NCBI GenBank assembly: GCA_041674285.1
Contig: JBAYVZ010000001.1
Location: 10,167-74,166 of the forward strand
Direction of reading: 5' to 3'
From: Minisyncoccota bacterium
GTDB lineage: Bacteria > Patescibacteriota > Minisyncoccia > Phycocordibacterales > UBA9973
DNA length: 64,000 nt
Under the pieces are notes generated by a model. That model searched no databases and was not told the origin of the DNA. It saw nothing but the letters and a program-made list of their open reading frames with translations. This document shows, in pieces, positions 10,243 through 19,797 of this stretch. The translations under genes were made by a program, and so were the position numbers. How positions within the stretch are numbered: position 1 is the first letter of the stretch; every line of letters begins with the position of its first letter.

Positions 10243-11862
10243 ATGAAAAAATATTTGGTGTCATTGTTTTCTTTTTTATTTTTAATTTTATTTGCATCAA
10301 ATGTGTATGCTTCAATCACTCCTATTATTACTTTGAGTGATACTAGCTTGGTGGCAGGCGAGACTGCTACTGTGACTTTTACTTTCACAGAAAATCCACT
10401 TTCTTTTACTGCTGATGATGTCACTGCTTCAAAGGGCATAATTTCTGATTTTACTGTCACGGGAGATCCTCTAGTTTATATTGCGACTTTTACCCCCACT
10501 TCTGAGATAATCGATGCATCAAATGTTATAACAATTGCATCAAAAGATACTATAAAAAAGTTTACAGGTCTACCTAGTTATTCTCGCACAGACCTTGCTT
10601 TTGATGGTACGAATATGTGGGTTACTTCTTATGTTGCAGAGAATAGTGTATCAAAGGTGGCTCCGGATGGTACTGTTACTACCTATACTGGTACAGGTAG
10701 TTGGCCAAAGGGGATTGAATTTGACGGTGTTAATATGTGGACTGCAAACTATCTTAGCCACAATGTATCCAAGATAACCCCAAGTGGTACCATCACAAAT
10801 TTTTCTGTAGCCGGTAATCCAGATGGTATAGCATTTGATGGCACAAATATGTGGACTGCAAACTATACTGGACATAGTGCTTCCAAGATTGAACCTAATG
10901 GCTCTGTTACTACTTATTCAGGTCAGGCAGGTAGTTACCCGTGGGATATTGCATTTGATGGTACAAATATGTGGACTGTAAACTATTATGGTGGCACCGT
11001 GACAAAATTCACACCCGAAGGTGTGGCTACTACATATAGTGGTATAGGTGACTGGGCTACTGGAATTGCATTTGACGGTACAAATATGTGGACTGTTAGT
11101 AATTATGAAAATCAAGTAGCAAAGATTGATCCCTCTGGTAATGTCACTACTTATTCTACTGGGGGTGGACTAGGTGCTGGTGGTTACGGATTGGTATTTG
11201 CAAATGATTATATCTGGGTTGCTGATAATGTTTCTAGTAGATTAATAAAGATGAATACTAGTGGTGTGATAGAGAAGACTTATTCTCTCGGTGTTTCTCC
11301 TTATAATGTCATCTCTGTAGATTCGGAGATCTGGATGACTTATAGTAGTGGTGGTATTGCTCGACTAGGTAGTAGTACTTCTGCTAATTCAGAAAATTAT
11401 GAAATAAATACAAGAACATACACATCATCATCTAGTTCTTCTTCTACCCACTACGGATGCAAGGATGAGTCAGCTATAAACTATGAATACTTTGCCGCGA
11501 GTGACCCGTCTCTGTGTAAATATGGAGAAAACCCCATTGTCGTAGCCACCAGCTCTCCTTCGGTATCTATGAATTCAAAAGAATTAATTTTGACTGTTAC
11601 TAGCGTATTTGAAAATAATATTTCTAAAATTAAAAATATTTTAAAATTTGGTTCGAATAATTCAGAAGTTGAGATGCTCCAGCAATTTTTAATTGATAAA
11701 AACATTGGTCCTGCGTCTGCATCTTTAAAAGATCACGGTACTACTTATGAATTTGGCCCTCTGACAAAATCTGCATTAGCTGAATGGCAAAAGGCGAGTG
11801 ATTTAAAGGCTGATGGTATTCTAGGTCCTCTGACAAAAGCTAAAATGCTGGGATCTCTATAA
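10243..11862 (+). CDS. Secreted Ig-like + NHL/Vgb-like beta-propeller + peptidoglycan-binding protein
   Basis: GETATVTFTF Ig motif; five FDG[TV]NMW blades; WQKASDLKADGILGPLT. Confidence 0.75.
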   Translation: MKKYLVSLFSFLFLILFASNVYASITPIITLSDTSLVAGETATVTFTFTENPLSFTADDVTASKGIISDFTVTGDPLVYIATFTPTSEIIDASNVITIASKDTIKKFTGLPSYSRTDLAFDGTNMWVTSYVAENSVSKVAPDGTVTTYTGTGSWPKGIEFDGVNMWTANYLSHNVSKITPSGTITNFSVAGNPDGIAFDGTNMWTANYTGHSASKIEPNGSVTTYSGQAGSYPWDIAFDGTNMWTVNYYGGTVTKFTPEGVATTYSGIGDWATGIAFDGTNMWTVSNYENQVAKIDPSGNVTTYSTGGGLGAGGYGLVFANDYIWVADNVSSRLIKMNTSGVIEKTYSLGVSPYNVISVDSEIWMTYSSGGIARLGSSTSANSENYEINTRTYTSSSSSSSTHYGCKDESAINYEYFAASDPSLCKYGENPIVVATSSPSVSMNSKELILTVTSVFENNISKIKNILKFGSNNSEVEMLQQFLIDKNIGPASASLKDHGTTYEFGPLTKSALAEWQKASDLKADGILGPLTKAKMLGSL

Positions 11863-11911
11863 AATGAAAATATTGTTGCATTTTTAATTATTTTGTGGTA
11901 TAATATACAGT

Positions 11912-13045
11912 ATGAAAATTGCTACAAATGTTACCCGAGAATATCTGGGTGGAATTACTCGTTCAAATATTAATTTTATGGATTCAATCCATGGAAAATA
12001 TGAAAATATTGTTGCTATTGAGTTAAATTCAAAAAGATATATTCAGGGTCCTAGGGTGTTCCATCACTTTTCTCCTGACTGGTTCCATCATCATATTGTG
12101 AATATACATGATATTCAATTGTTGAAATCTGTAAATTCTTCAAAAAATATAAAAGATTTAGAAAAAAAATATAGACCTGTAATAAATATAATAAAAGACA
12201 TTCTCAAAAAGGATAGACCTGATGTGATGTTTTTAAATGGCACATATTATATTCCTTGGCTGATGTCTATTGCTGCTCATGAATTAAAAATACCTATTGT
12301 TTTGAGATATGCGGGTGTGTACTCTCGTGAGACTGCAAATTTTAAACCCAAAGCTAGAAAAATATTTTCAGAAATTGAAAAATCTTTTCAAAAAAGAGCT
12401 AGTCATTTTATTTTTCCATCTCGAATTTGTCTGGATGTTGTAGAAAAAGAAGTAGCGAAAAAGGAAATTAAAAATACTTTTGTTATTCCGAATTCTTTTA
12501 GTATTCCAGATCAGAATTTTGTTTTCAATAGTGTCGAGAGGAGGATCGCTGCTGTTGGTAGATGGGATAAAATTAAAAACTTTGAGAAGTTTTTTGAAAT
12601 ACATAAATTGCTTAATAAACAAGGATGGAAACACGAATCTTCTTTTGTGACAGGTGATGCAAAGATTAAGTCGATGCCTAAAACAATAAATAGATTTGCC
12701 TCTATGACTCATGGCGAATTGCTTGAATTCTATTCCTCTCAGGGGCTGATTATTTGTCCTTCAATTTTTGAGACATTTGGTAATGTCGCCATGGAGGCTG
12801 TGTGCATGGGGGTTCCTGTATTGGTTAGTGATACTATGGGATGTTCTGAAATATTAAAAATTGCCGGATTGGATAGTATGGTTATCTCTTTTGATGACCC
12901 ACAAAAAGTAGCCGAGAGAGTCAAGAAATTGTGTGGACAGCAAATTCTGCCAAAGCAAATAAATAATCTAAGAAAAATTCTTAGTCCAAAGACTATAAAT
13001 GCTGAAATAATGTCCGTATTAAGAGATGCGGTGGTAAAGTATTAG
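11912..13045 (+). CDS. Glycosyltransferase family 4
   Basis: VGRWDKIKN and PSIFETFGNVAMEA motifs. Confidence 0.85.
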   Translation: MKIATNVTREYLGGITRSNINFMDSIHGKYENIVAIELNSKRYIQGPRVFHHFSPDWFHHHIVNIHDIQLLKSVNSSKNIKDLEKKYRPVINIIKDILKKDRPDVMFLNGTYYIPWLMSIAAHELKIPIVLRYAGVYSRETANFKPKARKIFSEIEKSFQKRASHFIFPSRICLDVVEKEVAKKEIKNTFVIPNSFSIPDQNFVFNSVERRIAAVGRWDKIKNFEKFFEIHKLLNKQGWKHESSFVTGDAKIKSMPKTINRFASMTHGELLEFYSSQGLIICPSIFETFGNVAMEAVCMGVPVLVSDTMGCSEILKIAGLDSMVISFDDPQKVAERVKKLCGQQILPKQINNLRKILSPKTINAEIMSVLRDAVVKY

Positions 13046-13057
13046 TTCGTTTTACTA

Positions 13058-13092
13058 AATAAACCACACGAGATTGTCTCGTGTGGTTTATT
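13058..13092 (+). terminator. Intrinsic terminator
   Basis: AATAAACCACACGAGA-TTG-TCTCGTGTGGTTTATT. Confidence 0.8.
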
Positions 13093-13129
13093 ATTTTGAA
13101 AATACCCTTATTTCTGATATATTATTGGG

Positions 13130-14239
13130 ATGTCACTATCCATAGGAATCGTAGGCCTACCAAACGTAGGAAAATCAACATTATTCAACGCTCTGACTAA
13201 AAAGAGTGTACCCGCAGAAAATTATCCATTCTGTACTATCGACCCATCTGTGGGTGTAGTTCCTGTGCCTGATGATCGTCTATATAAACTTGCAGATTTT
13301 TCAAAGACCAATCGTACGATTCCAGCAGTCGTAGAATTCGTAGATATCGCAGGTCTAGTAGAAGGTGCGAGTAAAGGTGAAGGGTTGGGTAATAAATTCC
13401 TAGCCAATATCCGCGAGACCGATGCCATACTACATATGGTGCGCCTGTTCCCATTATCTGGTGGGGACAAAGAGATAGCTCATGTCTATGGCAATGTAGA
13501 TCCAATGCGAGATATAGCAGTGATCAATCTCGAGCTGATCCTCGCTGATTTCGAGACTGTGACCAAGAGACTCAGTAATTTGCAAAAAGATGTAAAGAAA
13601 GGAGACAAAGAGGCTGTAATGGAAGATGATGTTCTTCGCCGTGTTGAAAAAGTATTAGAGGCGGGAAAACTCGCAAATAGCTTAGACTATACAGAAGAAG
13701 AATTTAAGAAAATCAAAAGTCTAAATCTACTGACTAGCAAGCCGATGATCTATGGATTAAATAAAAAAGCCGGAGTCAAAAATTTGGACGAAGAGAAACC
13801 TGAATATTTTAAAGAGATGACGGACGAGATTGTATCCGGTGGATCGCAGTGGATATTGATCGATGCCAAGATTGAAGATGAACTCAAGGATTTTGAAGGT
13901 GAGGAAAAAGAGACTTTTCGTCGTGAGCTCGGAGGTGAACATGATGGTATAAATGATCTGATTGGTGGATGCTACAAGCTATTAGGTTTGGATACATATT
14001 TTACGACAGGGGTAGAGGAGACTCGTGCATGGACTATCAAGACTGGTAGCACTGCACCAGTAGCGGGTATGGCCATACATACAGATTTCAAAGACAAATT
14101 CATCCGTGCTGAGGTAGTATTCTGGCGTGATTTACTAGACGCTGGCTCTATGGGTGAGGCTCGTGCAAAGGGTAAAGTCCGCACAGAAGGCAAGGAATAT
14201 ATAGTAAAAGATGGAGATGTAATGGAGTTTAAGGTATAG
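13130..14239 (+). CDS. ychF: Redox-regulated ATPase YchF
   Basis: GIVGLPNVGKST, NYPFCTIDP, DIAGLV, TGS domain. Confidence 0.97.
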   Translation: MSLSIGIVGLPNVGKSTLFNALTKKSVPAENYPFCTIDPSVGVVPVPDDRLYKLADFSKTNRTIPAVVEFVDIAGLVEGASKGEGLGNKFLANIRETDAILHMVRLFPLSGGDKEIAHVYGNVDPMRDIAVINLELILADFETVTKRLSNLQKDVKKGDKEAVMEDDVLRRVEKVLEAGKLANSLDYTEEEFKKIKSLNLLTSKPMIYGLNKKAGVKNLDEEKPEYFKEMTDEIVSGGSQWILIDAKIEDELKDFEGEEKETFRRELGGEHDGINDLIGGCYKLLGLDTYFTTGVEETRAWTIKTGSTAPVAGMAIHTDFKDKFIRAEVVFWRDLLDAGSMGEARAKGKVRTEGKEYIVKDGDVMEFKV

Positions 14240-14264
14240 CTTATTTAAGAGATAATATATAGTA

Positions 14265-14359
14265 TTACCACTTCTTGCCCCGTAGCAAATTTTATGCATT
14301 TGATAAAATTTTGCATTGGGGTAGTAAAAGATGGAGATGTAATGGAGTTCAAGGTATAG
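14265..14359 (+). repeat. GCCCCGTAG hairpin element followed by 38-bp duplicate of ychF 3' end
   Basis: 14322-14359 matches 14202-14239 with one synonymous change. Confidence 0.85.
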
Positions 14360-14361
14360 TA

Positions 14362-14543
14362 TTGCATTAATTTTTATTTTTGGTATATTAAAAAGATGAG
14401 ACAAAGTTTCAAAAACACAAACGTCATTTATATTAACCTGCTGAAATACCAGTTAGAGGGTTAATTTTTGTGTTTTTTTAAACTACTATAAAAGAACAAA
14501 AAAATGAGCTCTCTAACGATAGCTCATTTTTTTGTTCTTTTAT
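14362..14543 (+). promoter_or_regulatory. Putative leader-peptide transcription attenuator (promoter, 22-aa uORF 14396-14464, terminator 14488-14543)
   Basis: TTGCAT-16-TATATT-6-ATG; MRQSFKNTNVIYINLLKYQLEG; 23-bp terminator stem whose loop CTCTAAC is complementary to GTTAGAG in the uORF end. Confidence 0.7.
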
Positions 14544-14568
14544 TTTTGTACCTTTAAAATTTATCACA

Positions 14569-14760
14569 ATGGAAACAAATCCATCCACACAAGAAGGAGA
14601 GACAACTCCTGTAGAAAAAAATGAAGTTGAATCTTCACAAAGAAAAGGCCCTTACGACTTAGGGAATTTGACTGTCGAAGAGAGCAACGATCTTCCTAAG
14701 ATTAAAAAGAATATGGAAGAACAAAAAAGAGGTTTTAACCATGATGGTGGTTGTTACTAA
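14569..14760 (+). CDS. Small hydrophilic hypothetical protein downstream of attenuator
   Basis: 63-aa ORF followed by terminator at about 14781-14810. Confidence 0.6.
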   Translation: METNPSTQEGETTPVEKNEVESSQRKGPYDLGNLTVEESNDLPKIKKNMEEQKRGFNHDGGCY

Positions 14761-14825
14761 TTTTTTGAAATTTAGAGATAAGACCCAGTATATATATGCT
14801 GGGTCTTTTATGTTATATTTAAAAT

Positions 14826-15161
14826 ATGCAAGATTTATTAAACCAAAAATGTGTGCCGTGCGAGGGCGGGGTAGATCCTATTAGCAGGTTTGATGCTGAG
14901 CTTATGCTCTCATACCACGTAAAAGACTGGGTGTTGAGCGAAGACTCAAAGAGTATATCCAAGAAATTTGAATTTAAAGATTTTAAACAAGCATTAGATT
15001 TTGTAAATAAAGTAGGGGACATAGCCGAGGGCGATGGACATCATCCAGATATCCATCTGACAGATTATAAATTCGTCACTATAAATCTCTCTACTCATGC
15101 TATAGGTGGTCTATCTCAGAATGATTTTATTGTCGCTGCAAAGGTTAATAACATAAAATAG
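14826..15161 (+). CDS. phhB: Pterin-4-alpha-carbinolamine dehydratase
   Basis: CVPCEGG, HHPDI, THAIGGLSQNDF. Confidence 0.93.
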   Translation: MQDLLNQKCVPCEGGVDPISRFDAELMLSYHVKDWVLSEDSKSISKKFEFKDFKQALDFVNKVGDIAEGDGHHPDIHLTDYKFVTINLSTHAIGGLSQNDFIVAAKVNNIK

Positions 15162-15184
15162 CTTCCATAAAAGCTACAAGTAAT

Positions 15185-15350
15185 ATGAATGAATGAGTAA
15201 CAAAATAGTTCTTGAGAAAAGTCTTGCGCAGGAGATTAGAAAATAAATGAGTTTACGAATATTATTTTCTTGATCGACGAGCAGAGCAAATTCTCACTAG
15301 AGAATTATGTGTGCTTTTCGAGAGAAGCTATTTGTGAATCATTTAGTCAT
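15185..15350. repeat. Long imperfect palindromic (MITE/REPIN-like) intergenic element
   Basis: Complementary outer arms with internal hairpins GAAAATAA/TTATTTTC and AATTCTC/GAGAATT. Confidence 0.55.
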
Positions 15351-15360
15351 TAAGAATAAT

Positions 15361-15957
15361 ATGAACAAAGATTGGAAAAAAGTTGAAAAGGTTTTGATGG
15401 ATGGAGGAGTTGCTGTGATTCCTACTGATACTATTTACGGTATCGTGGCGCGAGCTTTCGATAAGAGGGCAGTAGAGCGTGTATATTCTGTGCGTGGGCG
15501 TGATGAGAAAAAGCCATGCATAATATTGATATCTGATTTCGACGATTTAAATAAACTAGGTATAAAGGTAAATGTTTTATGCGATGGCATAAAAGCTTTA
15601 CCTTTTTTAAGGAATAACTGGCCGGGTCAGGTGAGTGTGATACTACCTTGCAATTTAAAGAAATTTGAATATTTACATCGTGGTACAAATACACTAGCCG
15701 TGAGAATGATTGGAAGCAGGAATCAGCATCTTTTGAATCTAATTAAAAAAGTGGGGCCAATCATTGCCCCGTCTGCAAATCCCCAAGGTTTGCCACCGGC
15801 TCGCAATAGAAAGGAATCTCGAAAATATTTTGGTAATAGAGTAGATGCCTATGTATGCTATGGTACGAGAGAGGGTAGGCCCTCGACTCTCGTGGATCTA
15901 TCAAAATGTAAAATAGAAATTTTAAGACAAGGTAAAACAAAAATAAAACACCCGTAG
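15361..15957 (+). CDS. tsaC: L-threonylcarbamoyladenylate synthase (Sua5/YrdC/TsaC)
   Basis: PTDTIYG, RGRDEKKP, PSANP motifs; start placed at ATG 15361. Confidence 0.9.
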   Translation: MNKDWKKVEKVLMDGGVAVIPTDTIYGIVARAFDKRAVERVYSVRGRDEKKPCIILISDFDDLNKLGIKVNVLCDGIKALPFLRNNWPGQVSVILPCNLKKFEYLHRGTNTLAVRMIGSRNQHLLNLIKKVGPIIAPSANPQGLPPARNRKESRKYFGNRVDAYVCYGTREGRPSTLVDLSKCKIEILRQGKTKIKHP

Positions 15958-15962
15958 GTGTT

Positions 15963-16556
15963 TTATTTTTTCTTTTTATTCACTAGTTCTGCGTGTTGCT
16001 TTTTTAGGTCAGCAATCTCGGTAATTAAAAGTCCGAGAGTCTTTTCTATTTGGGTCAACATCTTGTCGTCATTTGTTTCTTCTTCTGTTTGTTCTTCCAT
16101 ATCTTCTGACATCTCATCCATATCTTTTTCAATTTCTCCGACATCTTCTTGGATTTCTTCGACGTCTTCTTGAATTTCATCTACATCTTTCTGGATTTCA
16201 TCCACATCTTTTTCAATTTCTCCGACATCCTCCTGAATCTCCTCAACATCCTCTTGAATCTCTTCAACATTTTCTTGAATTTCCTCGATATCTCGAGACA
16301 CTGCATGGAGCTTGCGAGCTTGTCTATTCACGCTCATCTGGATAAAGATAGAAAGATATATGGCCTCGAGGGATACTATGGTTGTGACTACTAGGAGTAT
16401 ATTGCTTAGGTCAAAACCTATAAAATAAAGCATAAAAGACATCATGAATAGTGCAGTGTGAACTAGAATAGAATTTGTAGAACCTATAGAATGAGTTGCT
16501 TTGATAGCAAAACGTTCAATTATATCAGCTTGTCGCTTTTTTAGTTCTCTTAGCAT
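15963..16556 (-). CDS. DUF1003-like membrane protein with acidic heptad (EEIQEDV) coiled-coil repeats
   Basis: IGS..VHT..LTTIVSLEAIYLSIFIQMSVN-type motif; heptad repeats. Confidence 0.75.
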   Translation of the reverse strand: MLRELKKRQADIIERFAIKATHSIGSTNSILVHTALFMMSFMLYFIGFDLSNILLVVTTIVSLEAIYLSIFIQMSVNRQARKLHAVSRDIEEIQENVEEIQEDVEEIQEDVGEIEKDVDEIQKDVDEIQEDVEEIQEDVGEIEKDMDEMSEDMEEQTEEETNDDKMLTQIEKTLGLLITEIADLKKQHAELVNKKKK

Positions 16557-16685
16557 ATGGTTTATTACGACGAGTGAGGAGCATGTGAACATGTACTCAT
16601 GTTCACAATGTCCGAGTCGAAGTCTTATTAAAGGGTTAATACATTCTTTATTATAAACCATATTTTTGCTATAATCTAGTGTATT

Positions 16686-17243
16686 ATGGATAATCAAAAT
16701 AATCTACAACAAAGTAAGGATTCAAAGCCACACTCTTTTATCAAATTAGCTGTTATTGTCGCTATAGTCATCGTATCTAATTTGTTTTTTAACTACGCTG
16801 TATCTCTCATCTTCAATGAGCCTGTAAATGAAGCATACAAGACTGCTCCTCAAGTCGTAGAGCCAATTCTCACAAAAGAAAAGTGTCTATCTGTGGGTGG
16901 TCAGTGGACAGAGAGTGTCTATCCAAATGAAAAGGGTAGGACAGAGATTACTGGGTCTTGCTATGCAGAATATTCTAAACAAAAAGTCTACGATGCTGCG
17001 ATGAAGATTTTTAATCGTAATGTATTTATCACTCTCGTTGTCATAGGTGTACTCATGCTGGTGCTGGGTTCATTTATCGGGGTATCACTATTGTCTATTG
17101 CTTTTGCTTGGAGTGGGATACTTTCACTTATTATCGCATCTATGCGTTATTGGTCCGATGCTGACACCTGGGCAAAATTAATCATACTCGGACTTGCCTT
17201 GTGCCTACTGATTTGGATTACAATAAAAAGATTTAATAAATAG
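16686..17243 (+). CDS. Hypothetical membrane protein
   Basis: Four hydrophobic segments; C..GG.W..C loop. Confidence 0.75.
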   Translation: MDNQNNLQQSKDSKPHSFIKLAVIVAIVIVSNLFFNYAVSLIFNEPVNEAYKTAPQVVEPILTKEKCLSVGGQWTESVYPNEKGRTEITGSCYAEYSKQKVYDAAMKIFNRNVFITLVVIGVLMLVLGSFIGVSLLSIAFAWSGILSLIIASMRYWSDADTWAKLIILGLALCLLIWITIKRFNK

Positions 17244-17249
17244 AAAAAA

Positions 17250-19724
17250 ATGAAAGAATACGATCACAATAAAATTGAAAAGAAATGGCAGAAAGAGTGG
17301 AGTGACGGTGATGTGTACAAGACTCTCGATTCAAAAAAAGCTAAAGCAAAAAAGTTAAAGCCTTTTTATGTTCTAGATATGTTCCCTTATCCATCAGGTG
17401 CAGGGCTCCATGTTGGTCATCCACGTGGGTATATCGGTAGCGATGTGTATTCTCGAGTAAAGCGTATGCAGGGGTACAATGTCCTACATCCTATGGGTTA
17501 TGATGCTTTTGGTCTACCTGCAGAGCAGTACGCTATCGAGCACAAGATACACCCAAGAAAAGCTGTAGATATCAATGTCAAAACATTTGAAAAACAACTC
17601 TCAATTATAGGTCTGTCATACGACTGGTCTCGCCGTGTAAATACTACAGACCCAGAATACTATCGATGGACTCAGTGGATATTCCTACAACTTTTTAATT
17701 CTTATTACGACACAAAGAAAAATAAAGCAGAAAATATAGATAGTTTAGTAAAAGTTTTTGAAAAAAGTGGCAATGCAAAAGTAAATGCGCACCATACATG
17801 TAAAATAATCTTCTCTGGCAAAGAGTGGAAAAATTTTGACGCACTAAAGAGGCAGGAGATTCTGATGAATTATAGATTGACGTATGAAGCCGAGAGTGAA
17901 GTGAACTGGTGTGAAGGTCTCGGTACAGTGCTTGCCAATGATGAGATTGTAGATGGCAAGGATGGCAAGCAAGTATCCGAGCGTGGAGGTTTCCCCGTAG
18001 AAAAAATGATTATCAAGCAATGGTCTATGCGTATCACTGCGTATGCAGATCGTTTGATCAAGGGTCTCGACACATTAGAATGGTCCAGTCACATAAAGGA
18101 AATTCAAAAGAACTGGATAGGTGAGAGTGTGGGGAGTGAGATTGAATTTAAAATAAAAGATAACGACGAAAAGATAAAAGTATTCACTACACGTGCCGAT
18201 ACTCTATTTGGTGTGACTTATGTAGTGCTGGCTCCAGAGAGTATTTTGATAGAAAAATTATCTGATCAAATAAAAAATAAAAAAGAAATAGAGAAATATA
18301 TAAGTGACGTAAAGAATAAGCCAGAAGAGGATAGAAAGAGTGCGGAGAAAGAAAAAACTGGCGTAGTCCTCGAAGGTATATATGCTATCAATCCTGCAAA
18401 CAATGAAGAGGTTCCTGTGTGGGTGGCTGACTATGTATTGTCTTCATACGGTACAGGTGCAGTGATGGCAGTGCCTATGTATGACGAGAGAGATAATCAG
18501 TTTGCTGTTAAATACAACCTTCCTATAATCGACAGGCCTCTTGTAGATATAAAAGAAATTACAGAAATGGTTGGAGGAAAAATAGTCACAAAATATAAGA
18601 TGCGTGATGCTATTTTTGCACGTCAGAGATACTGGGGTGAGCCGATTCCATTAAGGCGTGATAGAGATGGAATTATTTCGTCTGTAAAAAAGCTACCATT
18701 AGAACTTCCAAAAGTCACTTCATATGAACCAACAGGAAAAGCAGAGGGACCACTCGCAGGTGTGAAGGCATGGGTTAAAGATGGCTACGAGACAAATACT
18801 ATGCCAGGATGGGCAGGGTCTTCTTGGTACTTCCTACGATACATGGATCCAAAGAATGGTAAGAGTTTAGTGGGTGAAAATGAGATAAATTACTGGAAAA
18901 ATGTAGATGTGTATGTGGGTGGTGCAGAGCATGCTACAGGTCATCTACTATACTCTCGTTTCTGGCATAAATTCCTAAAGGATATAGGAGTTGCCAAGAC
19001 AGAGGAGCCATTCAAAAAAATGAAGAATCAGGGTATGATTCTGGCCTCAGATAATCGCAAGATGAGTAAAAGATGGGGTAATGTGATCAATCCAGATGAG
19101 ATAGTAAAGACTTATGGAGCAGACACTCTACGAGTATACGAGATGTTCATGGGACCATTTGACCAGAGTCTTCCTTGGAGTACAGAGAGTATCATAGGCT
19201 CACGCAGATTCATCGAGCGTGTGTGGCGCTTGTCAGCAAAAGTATCTAATAGTAAAACAAGTTCAGAATTAGAAAAAGTTCTACACAAGACAATCAAGAA
19301 AGTAAATGAAGATATCGAAAATTTTGCTTTCAATACAGCGATTTCGTCTATGATGATTTTTGTAAATGAAGCAGAAAAGAACGAGTGCATCTCTGTATCT
19401 GATTTCAAGATGTTCCTGCAGATTTTAGCACCATTTGCTCCGCATTTTACAGATGAATTGTGGCACGAGATGGGGGAGCAGAAGTCTATTCATATCTCTG
19501 GCTGGCCAAAATATAACCCAAAGAAAATAATTGAAGATAGTATGAAAATAGTTGTCCAAGTTAATGGCAAAGTTCGCTCCGAGCTCTCTATCTCAATAGA
19601 TGCCACAGACGATCAAATCAAGGAAATAGCCTTGAAAGACAAGGTTATAATATCTTGGGTGAACGGAGCTGATATAAAGCGAGTAATTTACGTAAAAGGT
19701 AGACTCGTGAATATAGTTGTCTAG
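17250..19724 (+). CDS. leuS: Leucine--tRNA ligase
   Basis: MFPYPSGAGLHVGH, KMSKR. Confidence 0.97.
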   Translation: MKEYDHNKIEKKWQKEWSDGDVYKTLDSKKAKAKKLKPFYVLDMFPYPSGAGLHVGHPRGYIGSDVYSRVKRMQGYNVLHPMGYDAFGLPAEQYAIEHKIHPRKAVDINVKTFEKQLSIIGLSYDWSRRVNTTDPEYYRWTQWIFLQLFNSYYDTKKNKAENIDSLVKVFEKSGNAKVNAHHTCKIIFSGKEWKNFDALKRQEILMNYRLTYEAESEVNWCEGLGTVLANDEIVDGKDGKQVSERGGFPVEKMIIKQWSMRITAYADRLIKGLDTLEWSSHIKEIQKNWIGESVGSEIEFKIKDNDEKIKVFTTRADTLFGVTYVVLAPESILIEKLSDQIKNKKEIEKYISDVKNKPEEDRKSAEKEKTGVVLEGIYAINPANNEEVPVWVADYVLSSYGTGAVMAVPMYDERDNQFAVKYNLPIIDRPLVDIKEITEMVGGKIVTKYKMRDAIFARQRYWGEPIPLRRDRDGIISSVKKLPLELPKVTSYEPTGKAEGPLAGVKAWVKDGYETNTMPGWAGSSWYFLRYMDPKNGKSLVGENEINYWKNVDVYVGGAEHATGHLLYSRFWHKFLKDIGVAKTEEPFKKMKNQGMILASDNRKMSKRWGNVINPDEIVKTYGADTLRVYEMFMGPFDQSLPWSTESIIGSRRFIERVWRLSAKVSNSKTSSELEKVLHKTIKKVNEDIENFAFNTAISSMMIFVNEAEKNECISVSDFKMFLQILAPFAPHFTDELWHEMGEQKSIHISGWPKYNPKKIIEDSMKIVVQVNGKVRSELSISIDATDDQIKEIALKDKVIISWVNGADIKRVIYVKGRLVNIVV

Positions 19725-19797
19725 TATTGTATAGAAAATTAAGTTATAATATATAAATTGCCGACGCAATTATTATAATTATTATTTTATTTATACA

